Program-made: the position numbers and the translations under genes
Source: Nageia nagi
Lineage: Eukaryota; Plantae; Pinophyta
Assembly (NCBI GenBank): GCA_050084985.1
Contig: JBITNC010000001.1
Span: 15,996,001-16,060,000 of the forward strand
DNA length: 64,000 bases
Reading direction: 5' to 3'
Shown here: piece after piece, positions 27,278 to 40,000 of the stretch
Layout: each line of letters starts with the position of its first letter
Position numbering within the stretch: the first letter of the stretch is position 1
Notes under the pieces: model-generated
Seen by the model: only the letters and a program-made list of their open reading frames with translations
What the model was told of the DNA's origin: nothing
Database searches by the model: none

Positions 27278-30200
27278 AAATTATTATTGTGACTGTCATC
27301 ACTTCTCAAGTATGCCATACTTTTAACTTTTTATCAATATATTAAAGTAGAGAAAGGCAAAGCATTATTGATAGGACAAAAGTTATTATCCTACATTAAA
27401 TATTTTTAGTGATTGTAGTTCAGAAATGGGGCATATATTGTTTGAATGCCTGAAACAACTTAATAGTTGTGATGTAGTAATATAACAATGGTTAAACACA
27501 AGAAGCAATGTCATCATAAGCAATAAGTTGATCGAAAAATTGAAGATGAGTTTGGCCATTTATTCCATGAACAGTGACTTCTACATTTTGCCTTTAGGAG
27601 GACTACCGCATATAGTGCTTGAGGAACAATGGTTATACACCTTGAGGGAAATCACTTCCAACTACAAAACATTAGAGATGAAGTTCAAGGTTGAAGGACG
27701 TAAAGTACACCTGCAAGGCATCAAGGATGGAGGAGGAAACAAAACTAGGAGAACCTTTGTAGCAAGAATGACGCCATTAAGAAAATTTCATGACATACGG
27801 TTAGCCTTGATGCTAAGAAGCTTAAAAATGAAGATGAATGTGGAAAGAAGCAAGAGGGCTTAGGCTTAGTTGTTGCATTTGCAAATTCGAATTGCTTGAG
27901 GACAATCAATTTGGGAGGGGTGGATTTATAATATTCCCAAATTTGGACATCTCACTCACTACGGCACTAGGAAGTGGGACGTGCACCCTCATGGTGCTCT
28001 CTTAGCAATTTAGGAGTATTTTCATAGTTTTAGGACAATTTGGAAATATTTTAGTAATTTATGCAATATTTATGGGATTTTTATATATTTTATCCCACTT
28101 GAAGGATCTCCAACATGTGATGTTGGACTCTATGAGTCATTATTTGTTATTTTTATGTATTAATTGCATGAGCCATTTATTAATGTCAAATAATTATTAT
28201 AATTAAAATACCAAGATAATTATTTATTGTAAATGCAATATTAGTCCTCCTTAAGTAAGGCATATTTCTAACCTTGATGATTGTAATTTGGCATCTCAAG
28301 GCACTTTAATGCATCTCTATGTAATTATGCTCCCCCCTAAGCTAGATGCATCCCTAAGGGGCAAAGCACAACGATCACAAGAGGGAGATACTAATCCCTA
28401 GGCATAAGAGACTCTAAGAGGGAGGCATGGCATCAAGAAGGACAAACTGGCATTGTTAGATGTGATTTTGTGAATCCCAAGTCATCAACATTGCAACATC
28501 TCATTCCAAGAGTTCATCTCATCCATCAAAGCCAATTGTGGTGATCCTTAGGCACATGGAATCATCTAGAGGTGGATACATGACCTGGAGACCATTTGGA
28601 GTCTACAAAAGGAGGATGAGACTGTAATGTCCCCATGTTTATGGCATTTTCCCCACTTTGCCATTGGAAAATGGAAACTTTTAGCTTAGTTTTATTTTGT
28701 TTAATTTTGGTATTTTAATAGTATTTTAGCCCTCTATTTGTAAGTTCCACTTAGTATATTAATTTATTACTCCAAACATGGGATGTTGGACCTTTTAGTG
28801 CAATTAGGAGTGATTTACTATTTTTAATATGTCAATAATTATGTAATAGAATACCAAGGCAATTATTAATTGTAAATGCAATATTAATCACCTAATTTGA
28901 GACGTTACATATGAAGCCTTAATTAATGTATATTAGCATTAATAGGTCTTGGTTATTTTTTAGCTCTCCTCTTACCTATTCAAGGTAGAGCCATATGATT
29001 CTTATGGAATAACACTTACTATGAGGCACTAGAAGACTCCCACACTTGGATGTTAGGCTTGTGATGAGGTTTTTATCATTTGATGAGCGATTGGGCAGCC
29101 CAATACACCCATGTCTCACCCTTGGAGGCTTCTAGCATGATGGTGTTGATCCCTACGCCCATGGAAGTCCTCCATAACCTAATGTTGGCATTCTAGGCCC
29201 TTGGATGTGATTTCACTTATCCCAAAGGCACCTCATCTAAAGCATGGGATATGGAAAGCACACTAATCATGCTTGGACATCGTTGCATGAGAGTACATCA
29301 ATCCCAACATAAGATTAATGATGAAGCTACCTCACACTATAAAAGGAGAATTCTTGGAAGATAATAACATTATATTATGATTATGATTTCTTCTTCTTGG
29401 TTTGGGCATTTCTCTTCCTTGATTTCCACTTCGACGAAGTGAGGTACCTATTGCGGGGTGTAGAACAAGACTTATGTGGGTACACACTTTGAGGAATAGT
29501 GCACCTTAGGGTTGTAACAAGGGGTGTTGGCATTACCCTTGGATTAGTAGAATATTGCTAGTGGATCTTTGAGATTCCACCACAATTATGGAGGAGGAAG
29601 CCCTGGTGAAAGCCTTGACACTGCTAAGGATCTTAGCCTTGGAGCATCATTCTTCATTACACATTCATTGTAATTGATGTCACTTCTCTTATTATTCAAA
29701 TGCAATTACATTTGGCCATTACATTGTTATTTTCTTTTCATTTCATGATATATGTCTCTGTATGATATTTAGCATATTTGAGGGTGTGATATTGAGTGTT
29801 TACACTTCTTGGCTAGACATATCCATTATAAGTGATAATTCATTGCTAATTTGTTATTCTATCTAGTCGTCGGGATCTCAAGGCACTATTTTGCATGTAT
29901 AAGCTAGATGTTGAGTATTTAAATGTAATGTCCCCATTTTTATGGTGTTTTCCCCATTTCGCCACTGTAAAATGGGAACATTTAGTTTAGGGTTATTTTA
30001 CTTAATTTTGGTAATTTAATGAATATTTAGCCTTTTATTTGTAAGTTCCACTTTAACATTAGTTAATTGCTCCAATTATGGGATGTTGGGCATATTTTAG
30101 TCCTTAGGAGTTATTTTATATTATTAATTATGTCAATAATTATGTAATTTAAACTCCAAGGTAATTATTAATTATAAATGCAATATTGGTTACCTAATTT

Positions 30201-33200
30201 AATGCATTGCATATATTAAGCCTTGATGATTGTAATATTGGCATTAAATGGTCCTCTTTAGCAATATTGCTCCCCTCTCTAGGTACCTAATTTAGCGCAT
30301 TGCATATATTAAGCCTTGATGATTGTAATATTGGCATTAAATGGTCCTCTTTAGCAATATTACTCCCCTCTCTAGGTATAAGATGATACCAAAGTGATTT
30401 CACCTATCACGAGGCATAAGAAGACACCCATACTTGAACACCAAGAGGATTGGATTATTTATGGATGATATTTGGCATCCCAAGGCACCTTGGAAGACCT
30501 TAAGGCTTAACATCACACTAGGAGGCTCATAAGGTGCTTGTGTGGATCCTAGTGCACATGGGAATCCCCTAACATGAGACATTGCAACTATGAGCACTTA
30601 GATGAGATGACACTCATCCCAAGACTCTCCATCATGGATGTTGGATAGAGAAGCACATAGATCACCCTTAGACACCATTGGATGAGGTCACATCAATCCC
30701 AATGCATGATTAGAAGATGATGAAGCTACCTCTCGTTATATAAGGAGGATTCCTGGAAGACAAATGCATTTTATTATCATTATATTTTCTTATTCTTGGT
30801 TTGGGCATTGTTCTTCCTTGATTCCATTCTTCAGAGTGAGGTACCTATAGCAGGGTGTAATATAGGACTTACATGGGCACACACTTGGGGGTTGGCATAA
30901 CCCAAGTAGATGGCTAGCTATTGGAGGGGTGTTGGCATCACCGTCAAATTAATAGAACATTACTAGTGGATGTCTAAGATTCCACCACAACTATTAAAGG
31001 AGGAAGCCCTGGTGCAAGCCTTGCCACACTATGGATCTAAGCCTTGGAACATCAATCTTTGCTACATTGTCATTGTAATTGTGCTTTACTACATTTGTTA
31101 TTTCAAATACAATTACATTGGCCTTTAATCTGCTAAATTCTTTTCATTTGTCTCATCTTACTTGGATGTTAGATCTAGAGTGCATTTTATGTTATTAATT
31201 CATGTTCTTGCTCTCCTAATCCCTATGTTGGACATTTGGCATAATTGAGGGTGCATTATTGAGTATTTACCCTTCTTGGCAAGATGTCTACACTATGAGT
31301 GATAATTAATTGCTAATTTGTCATCTTATCTAGTTGTTGGGTTTATGAGGATTTTGTATTGAGATCTTGCCAACACTAGCTAGACATTGGGCATGTTGCA
31401 TAATTTTGTGTATTATTGTTGAGATCTGGAGCTTTGGAGTGAAATATCCCTTTCCTAGGGCATGTTTGGTGATTCTTGCTATTATTTGGAGTTGAAGTTA
31501 GAGGATTTGCACCAAATCCCATTAAGCCAAAATTAAGGCTTATCACATTGAAGGCCATTGAAGTGTTCTTGACATTTTGGATGAGACGTTGCATTTTTGG
31601 CATGTGATTTGACCACTTACACATGAACGTTGGGTTTGTATGATATTAATTGATGAGATCTTGTATGTGCATGAGTTTGTTGTGCTATTTTGGGCATCAT
31701 TGATTAGATTTGAGGCAGAGTGTGACCTCCCTCCTATAGGGATAGTTTGGCAATTTTTAATTATCGTTTTAGTTTGGAATTTGAGATATGAGTGAGCCTT
31801 AGTTTAGCTCATCACAATTGGTATCAAAGCCCAAGATCTTTCCATCCTATTGGGTTAGATATTGAGAAAGATTTACAATGAGCCAAGATCTTTCCATCTT
31901 GTTGGGTTAGATCTTGAGGGAGTTTTTCATAGCCAAGATCTTATTGTCTTGTTGGAAGACCTTGGAAGACTTATAGTTATGGAAAGAAGTTACAGTTGTT
32001 GTGAAGAGGAGATCTCTTCGTCTTGTTGGAGAGAAATTACGAAGCTTAGATCTTACCATTGTTGTTGAGCAAAGACCTAGAGAAGGAGTTACAATGGAAT
32101 TACAGTGGTAATCAAAGAATTGTAAGGAGATTCAGAAGCATCACAGTGAAATCAAAGGTTTCAAGCATCTAGATTTGAAATTTGGGTTACTCAAGGAATA
32201 CATTGAGGACTTTTGCTAATTTTAGGGAGTTTTAAGGACTAAGCTAGTTTGTCGCACCTATGGAAGCATATTTTGGGTACTAGATCTCATTCCTTGGTCC
32301 CTTGGAGGATAACATTGGAGCTTTGGGTATCCAATTTGCAACATTCGGGCATCTAAAGGTAGACATTGGAGCTTTTTACACCAAATTGTAGTGTTTGAGG
32401 AGTGAATGGTGTGACGTAGGGCCTTGGTGCCTAGTTTGAACCCTTCATCACTGGATCTTGCACTTGGATCAAGATTATTCCACCCTAGAGGCACTACTTT
32501 CTAGGTTTGAGTAAATTTGAAATTTCCAAATTAATTTCAAGAATTTAAATTTTTAAGGAAAAATTTAAACTTTGCAATCATGGAGGGATAAGATATACAA
32601 GACTTTTTAATTATTTTTAGAGGGATTTAATTTAATTTGACAAGAAAATTAAATGAGAGATAAGTCTTTTAAAATTTTGAATTTTGAAGGAAAAAGCAAG
32701 ATGCAAATATGAAAAGCAAATTTCAAATATTTTGAAACACTATAAAGGATAATGTTTAAGTGGGAGTGGGAGCACAACATTTTTGAGAAGCATATTTCGC
32801 AATTAGGAGCAAAGGAGAAGTTTGTTCCACCAAGGAGACCATCATTTAGCTTGGAGAGAGGTTCGTTGTGCTTCTAGGAGGCTCATTTCCACAATTATTC
32901 CCTCCAAGAGGATTTGTCCACTCTTGGGAGGCCTATTTCGAATTTGCAAAGTTCTAAATAAGCTCGTCCTACATTGAAGACCAATTTTCCAGACGTTGAG
33001 CAACTGCTTGGTTCATGACAACATCATTAAACATTGAGGAGGATCATTCCACCTTAGAGAGCTAGTCTTGAGGTGTAGGAACCACAAAGAGATTCATTTA
33101 GCCTTATTTAACAATAGCATCTTTAGGATTGACTAGGGATGAAGCATTCCTTAGAGGCATTCCAAGAAGATACCTAGTTTGTTATTGTTGCAAGAGACCC

Positions 33201-33495
33201 TAAGAACCCAACCATCGTTGTGAATGCCAAGACAAGGGTTTCCACATTAGGAGGACATCAATAGTGAGGATTGACCATAAGGGAAGGGTTCATTAGAAGG
33301 AGTGCACTCGTTGAAAGGGAAGAGATTTCATGATAGAACATGGAGGTGCCAACCACATCACCACACTCATAGCAATCTCGCACACCTTGTACCAAGAATA
33401 TTCAACTCTTCCACCATAGGTTAAGGAAGCACTAAGCTTTCAAGAGTTCATAGAAGTCACAAGAGCAAGGGAGGATGAAATTCACACACCACCTC

Positions 33496-33993
33496 TGTTA
33501 GAATTTGTAATGAAATATTGTGAATATCTAGACTCCTTGTAAATTCAATTAATCACTTAAGGGTATGTAGATACCTTAAATGATTAATAGAATTCTTTAA
33601 TGTATAGACTTTGACTTTACCAAAGGAGTTAGTTGGTAGGTTGAAGTTTGGTGGTACATTTAATGTAACCCTAACCTTACCCTTGGGTTAAAGGAAGGTT
33701 AGGGAGGTGCTCTCAACCTATAAATAGAGGGCCTCTCCTCATGTAAACATATCTAAGTTTTGAGTAAGATTACTCTACTTGGTTGTGTAGGAGAGAGCTA
33801 GAGAATAGTTGTAAGAGAGACATAGATTTGAGAATAAGAGAGCTAGTTGTGGATGTACTCCCAAGGAGGGAGGAACCACATTATATTGGTGTCATATTGT
33901 GTGAATGATGTTCTTAGAATTATAGATGTGTTATCTTGAGTTTCCTAGTCTAAGGTCCTAGAGGATTTGTTTAGTTATAGTTCAAATCCTTCA
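33496..33993 (+). repeat. Copia 5' LTR (498 bp), TATA box CTATAAATA at ~33718
   Basis: TGTTAG...CCTTCA followed by TT and the PBS. Confidence 0.97.
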
Positions 33994-33995
33994 TT

Positions 33996-34007
33996 TGGTA
34001 TCAGAGC
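33996..34007 (+). promoter_or_regulatory. Primer binding site, tRNA-iMet
   Basis: TGGTATCAGAGC, 2 nt after the LTR. Confidence 0.95.
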
Positions 34008-34069
34008 TTGGTGTGGAAGCTCTTCTCCTTGGTGTGGAAGCTCTTCTCCTTGGTGTGGAAGCTCTTCTT
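34007..34069 (+). repeat. 3 x 21 bp tandem repeat directly after the PBS
   Basis: CTTGGTGTGGAAGCTCTTCT(C/T) x3. Confidence 0.95.
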
Positions 34070-36390
34070 CTACATTTTGGAGTTTGTCAAATTTGGAAAT
34101 CTTAATCCTATTCTTCATTGTGAGGTAAAAAGTTTGCAAAGGTATAACCTTCTATCCTTCTTTAACTAAGTTCATTATGATACTAATTTTTTGTATGATT
34201 ATGCTAGCTAAATGTCTTAGCTAAAATTACTTCAAATACCATAATATATTTTTGCTACTCTCTTCTTACTAACAATATTTTATGTTAGTAATCTATTTTT
34301 TATGTACAAAGAAAATGATTTTTTTTTTGTGAGCAAAAATATATTATGATAGCATCTTATTGAAAAGATTTTTTTTACAATAGTATTTTGTGAAAAATAT
34401 CATTAAAAAAAAAAGGACGAAGATGCAATTTTTTACATCTTTTATTGTTAAAATAAAGTGGAGGACTTTATTTACAAGACTTTTACATATTTAAATAATT
34501 AGAGGAAATTATTTAAAATTTAAAGCAAATATGAGGCTCATTTTTTTTATTGTTGAAATAAAAAATGCAAGACTTTACAATTTTTTTTAAATATTTACTA
34601 TTTATCAAAAATTATAAAATGTTGGGGGGACACAAATTTGAATGGGTCTGTAAATTGTTTGACAAAATGCCTCATCTAGATGCAGTCTTGTTTCCTCCTT
34701 TGTAATGAGCACAGGATATGCACCAACGTATCTTCCTTTGCCAAGGAGATAGGGAGAGGAAAGGTATGCACAAAACGGTCAATCAAGAGAAGGGTCTGCG
34801 AGCTGTTTGACAAAATGCCTCGCGCGACCTCTCCTCTTCCACGTCCATGGCGGCAACGTAGGGAAGGCACGCAAATTGTTTGACAAAGTGCCGTTTGTCT
34901 CTCCATCCGCCATGAGAGTCTGCATCAGTGGATCAATGGGTCATGGAATTTTGGAGATGTGTAAACGCTGTGGATGAAACTGGAGGGACGCATTGGTGCT
35001 TAGGACTGAAGCCACCGTTTCATTGCCTGCTCGCGCGCACCTCACACCACTTGACGTCGCCGGCTTCCTCCTCACTCGCCTGCGTTGTCTCCTTAGGCCA
35101 CGCAACATTTAGTTCATGTTCTCTTCCCCACCTGCAGTTTAGTGGACTGCAATGATCACAGGAGCTGCATAAAAATGGATACAATTCGGTGCCCTTCCAA
35201 GTCGACCGTCGCGTGCGCTTCCTTCTCCCTCGCCAGCCGCGACCTGGTTTCTCCTCACGCACGCTGGCTCCCTCCATTGTCTCCCACTTTTTTCCTGTCT
35301 CCTCTGCTCGCAGGATCTGCACATAATGGATACATGCATGTTGTTTACCACCATGCACGATGAAAACACTGTTTCATGGATTGAAATGTTCAATCGGCTG
35401 CCTCCTGTCCTCAGCCTGCTCACACGCGCGCCGGCTGCGCCTCCATCCTCGTCCTCACACGTTTGCCAGCCACGATGCCTCTCCTGGACTCCTTCCACAC
35501 ATGCTTGCCACTCCTCCTACCAGCTACAGTCTCCTCCTCCCTCTCCTCCTAAGCTCCTCCTCTCTGGTCAGCCTTCTACACAAGTCCTCTTCTTAGCCTC
35601 CATGCAGGTTCTCCTCTTTCCCACGGTCAAAGTTGATGACTATCCACCTCCTTCCAAGTCTTCCAAGTCACCTTAAATGCCTTAGTTTTGTTTTTTGACC
35701 ACCTACATATTTACACTTCTAAAAAGCAACGTGTCTTTTTTGTGAAAAACAAGGGGGGGTCATCTTTTTCACCTACTAAGCATTTAATGATTATTGACTT
35801 AGGACAAAGCATTCAAAATCATTTAAACTAGGGGTATGGGTCTCCTATTCCACCTTTCAAGTTCTCTAAAAATCCACTAATCCCCTTACATGCACTTAGG
35901 AGTACTTAAAATAAATTCTTATTTTCTCCTTCAAATTTAATGCTTAATTAAAAGGTGCACATGCATAATAATTTAGTTTAAAGTATGCTATTTTAAGTAA
36001 ATAAGGGATTTTTTTACTTAAAATGCATCACTTATACAAGTCTTAGCATACAAGTTTAGGGATCTACCTTTAAGTAAAAAGGGGGGTGGTATAATTTTAC
36101 TTAAATTTCATCTAGATCTTGCATGCTAGACTTAATGATACATGCTTAGGACTTAAATTTTTTTAAGTTAAATAATACATGATGCATGATTACTTAACAT
36201 GATGCATGATTACTTAATTTTTTTTAAGTCATGAAATAATGCATGTTATGAATTAAATACTAAGTAGGCCTTAGTTCTTATGTTTAATTCATTAAGTGCT
36301 TTGAGCAAAAATGCAAGATGTAAAAGTCCTTTAGGGGTTAGAACAAAACCCATTGGACTCAATTTTTTGGCCTTTTTAAGGTTTCAAGTT

Positions 36391-36912
36391 CGTGTGGATG
36401 GAGTAATTTTTCACCTTACTTTATATTTTTTGCACATTTGCTTATACTTGCAATACGCAAAAATGTGAAAAGTAACCCCTAAAATGAATACATCCGCACG
36501 TATTTTCCACAACATGACTTGTTTGGGGAGCCATGAGGTGAGGACAGGGCAGACTGGAGCCCTTTTAGTCCGAAGAACCAAGTGGTGGTAAGTCCGTCTT
36601 AATTGCCCCTAAGACCTCTGTTGGATTGGACATAACTCTATTAGGTGGACAGGCATGTGTGTAGTGATACCACATGTCCGCACGTCCATTCAGGGATTAT
36701 CCTGATAACCTAGGAGGAAAACTGAAACCCTTAATCAAGATAATTAAAATGGCCGGTCCAAGATACGTCGGATCCTTGGAAAATAGTAAGTACTTCTCCT
36801 TGTGAGAGTATATCACTGACCAAGGTGAACTGGTTGAGGACTGGTAGTACCTGGGCTCCACCTTGCGGGCATCCAGGTGAAGGCCTAATTCTATACAAGA
36901 AAACAACCCCAA
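36391..36912 (+). other. Putative large structured cis-RNA domain in the copia leader
   Basis: More than ten short helices identified by eye, with G-U pairs consistent with the plus strand, a GNRA tetraloop and two tertiary pairings (see findings). Confidence 0.6.
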
Positions 36913-37047
36913 CTTTATCCTTCTATGGATCGTGGTTAATGAGTTTACACATGTGGGACATGTTTGCTTATTAGTTGTTTTATATGTATAGATGGAAAAA
37001 TTGTAAAAGTTTACATTCTTATTGCATATTTATTTGTTTTTGTAGCA

Positions 37048-40000
37048 ATGGTTGAAACCTTCGTTCCCAAGCACATACTCGATGGTTCCAACTTTGGAAT
37101 ATGGGAACCACGTATGAAAGCCGAGTTACAAGCAAGAAAGCTATGGCAGACAGTTAGTGAAGATGCAGTTGCTCCTACCGATGAGAAGGCTCTTGAAGTA
37201 TACAACTCAAAGAATGAGTTAGCAACTTCTATGATATACCGTGCAGTTTCAGATGATGTCCTTCTCATGATTTCTTCATCAACTTTAGCAAAGGAAGCTT
37301 GGGATAGGTTAAAGAAGATCTACCTTGGGTCCAAATTTTCAAGAAGGTTTACCATTCTACAAAAGTTGTTGCAGTATCGACAAAGTGAAGATGAAAGTGC
37401 CTCCATCTACTTGAACAAAATCATTGACCTCAGGACACAACTGGTTGGTTGTGGATGCAATTGGATCAATGATGAGTTCATGGTCTTCATCATTTTACAA
37501 AGCCTTACTTCAAAGTTCAGCAACTTTGTCACAGTTATGGAAACAAGGCTCGATGATGAAGAAGATGTCATCTCACTTGATAACCTTTCAAGACTTCTTC
37601 TAAAGCATGAGGAAACTTTGAACAAGAAAATGTTGAACCTTTCTCCAAAGGACCATAGCATTGCTCTAGGAGCAACCAAAACTCCTTTCAAGAAAAAGTT
37701 CAAACATTACAAATTCAAAGACAACAAGTCCTCATCTACCTTCAGGAAGTATGACAAAAAGGGCAACAACAACAACAATCATGGCAACTACAGGCACAGG
37801 AATGATAAAGCAGGATCCAGCAATCCAACACCTCAAGAAAAGTTTGATGGGAATTGTAACTTCTGTGGCATCTTTGGGCACAAAGAGTATGATTGTCGCA
37901 AAAAGAAATTTGCTCAAAAAGGAAAGGGAAATGCAAATGTGAGAACTTTCAATAATAAAAAGAAGAACAAGCATGCTGCTTCTGTTGCCTACTACTCAAT
38001 GACTCAAACTATTTCAAATGACTGGATTGTTGATACAGGATGCACTAATCACATGTGTTATGAAAAAGATAAGTTTGAAAACTTTCATAAGTACAAAAAG
38101 GATGCAGTTGTGATAGGTGATAATACAGTCCTTGATGTTCACGGAATAGGAAGGGTGAAGATTCATGGAAAGACTCTTGATAATGTCTTTTATGTGCCTA
38201 AACTAAGGATGAATCTCATCTCCGTGATTCAAATTACAAGGAAAGGATGCTCATTTGAGTTTACCTCACACTCTTGGTGTGTTAAGAAAGGACTTGCCAC
38301 TTTGATGAAAGGATCAGTAAAGAATGACCTTTATATTGTGGATCAAGTACCTTCAAAGATTTGTCTTGCTACAAATGTTTGTTCAAAAGGTAATCTTTGG
38401 CATCAACGATTAGGACACCTTAACCACAAGAGTATTCAAGCCATGAAAACTCAAGAACTTGTGGAAGGTTTACCTAATATTTCACCCACAGTTGGTCTTT
38501 GTGAAAGGTGCATTCTAGGAAAGATGCATAGGCAAAAGTTTGAAAAAGATAAGGCAACTCGGGCTACTTGTCCTCTTCAGCTTGTGCATTCAGATTTGAT
38601 GGGTCCTTTTCAGACTAAGTCACTAGGTGGAGCTTCTTATGTTCTGACCTTCATTGATGACTTCAGTAGGATGACATTTGGTTATCTACTTGAGCACAAG
38701 GATCAAACTTTTGACAGGTTTCAAGACTTCAAGGCACTTGTTGAAAATCAAACTGATTTTAAGATCAAAATGCTGAGATCGGACAATGGGGGTGAATATA
38801 ATAGCAATGAGTTTAACAACTTTTGTGTTAAACACGGGATTAAGCGACAATTCACAATCCCTTACACCCCTCAGCAAAATGGAGTTGCTGAAAGGAAGAA
38901 TCGCACCATTATGGAAATGGCAAGATGCATGTTGGGTAACCTTCCTAGTTTCTTATGGGGCGAAGCTGTACACACTGCTATTCACACCCTAAATAGGTGT
39001 CCTACTAAGGCAGTTGAAGGTAAAACTCCATATGAAGCATGGACAGGAAAGAAACCTAACCTCTCACACTTCAGAATCTTCGGTTGTGATGCATTTGCCT
39101 TCATTACCTCAGAGAAAAGAAAGAAGCTCGATAAACGATCAGAAAAATGCATCTTTGTGGGGTATGATAATCAGCATAGAGGTTACAGGCTCTACTCTTC
39201 ATCTCAGAAAATAGTCTTTATTTCTAGGGATGTTAAGTTCAATGAACTTTCTAAGGATACGACCTCTCATGCTGAAGTGTCTGATACAGATGATTCTTCG
39301 CCTGCACCTAACTGGTTGGATGATCGTGTAGAGAAGTCACCACAAGAGCAAAATTCTCCGGCACAGAGAATTACAAGAAGTATGACCTTGAATAAATCCT
39401 TATTTGCCAAAATTGATAATATGCATGAGCCATCCACCTTCAAAGAAGCTTCCAAGCAAGAGTGTTGGATGGAAGCTATGAAAGTTGAGTATGAGGCTCT
39501 CATGAAAAATGAAACTTGGGATTTGGTTCCTTATCCCAATGAGAAAAATGTGATTGGCAATAAATGGATATACAAGGTCAAGTACAATTCTGATGGAAAC
39601 ATTGAAAAATACAAGGCAAGGTTAGTAGCCAAAGGATTCGCTCAGAAATATGGTATTGATTATGAGGAAACCTTTGCTCCTGTAGCCAAGATGCCTACTG
39701 TCAGAATAATTCTTGCTCTTTCTGCAGCTCAAGGATGGAAAGCTTTTCAACTTGATGTCAAAAGTGCATTTCTCAATGGGGACTTAGATGTTGAAATCTA
39801 CATGAATCAACCAGAAGGATTTATTCCAGAAGGAAAAGAGACTCTTGTGTGTAAGCTAAAGAAGTCTTTGTATGGACTTAAGCAAGCACCTAGAGCATGG
39901 TACAAGAAAATTTCAGGATTCTTTGCAGATATTGGTTTTTCCAAGTGCTTCTCAGATTCAGATCTATATGTACTCAATCAAGGAAAAGACGTGGTCATCA

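Noticed and set aside
34676-35676. Extra ORF (env-like or accessory) in the copia leader
   Set aside because: Many short overlapping low-complexity ORFs on both strands, as expected from GC content. No transmembrane or known motif.
36530-36780. Hammerhead, twister, group I intron or RNase P identity for the structured leader
   Set aside because: Only partial resemblances (GA-GGAC..GTCC-GAA; CCGGTCCAAG..CGGA; AAGATACGTCGG; GGTAAGTCC). The required cores, such as CUGANGA or a P7 partner, are missing.
36964-37047. N-terminal extension of the polyprotein given in the ORF track
   Set aside because: It starts at TTG and spans a T-rich acceptor-like tract. Gag homology begins at ATG 37048.
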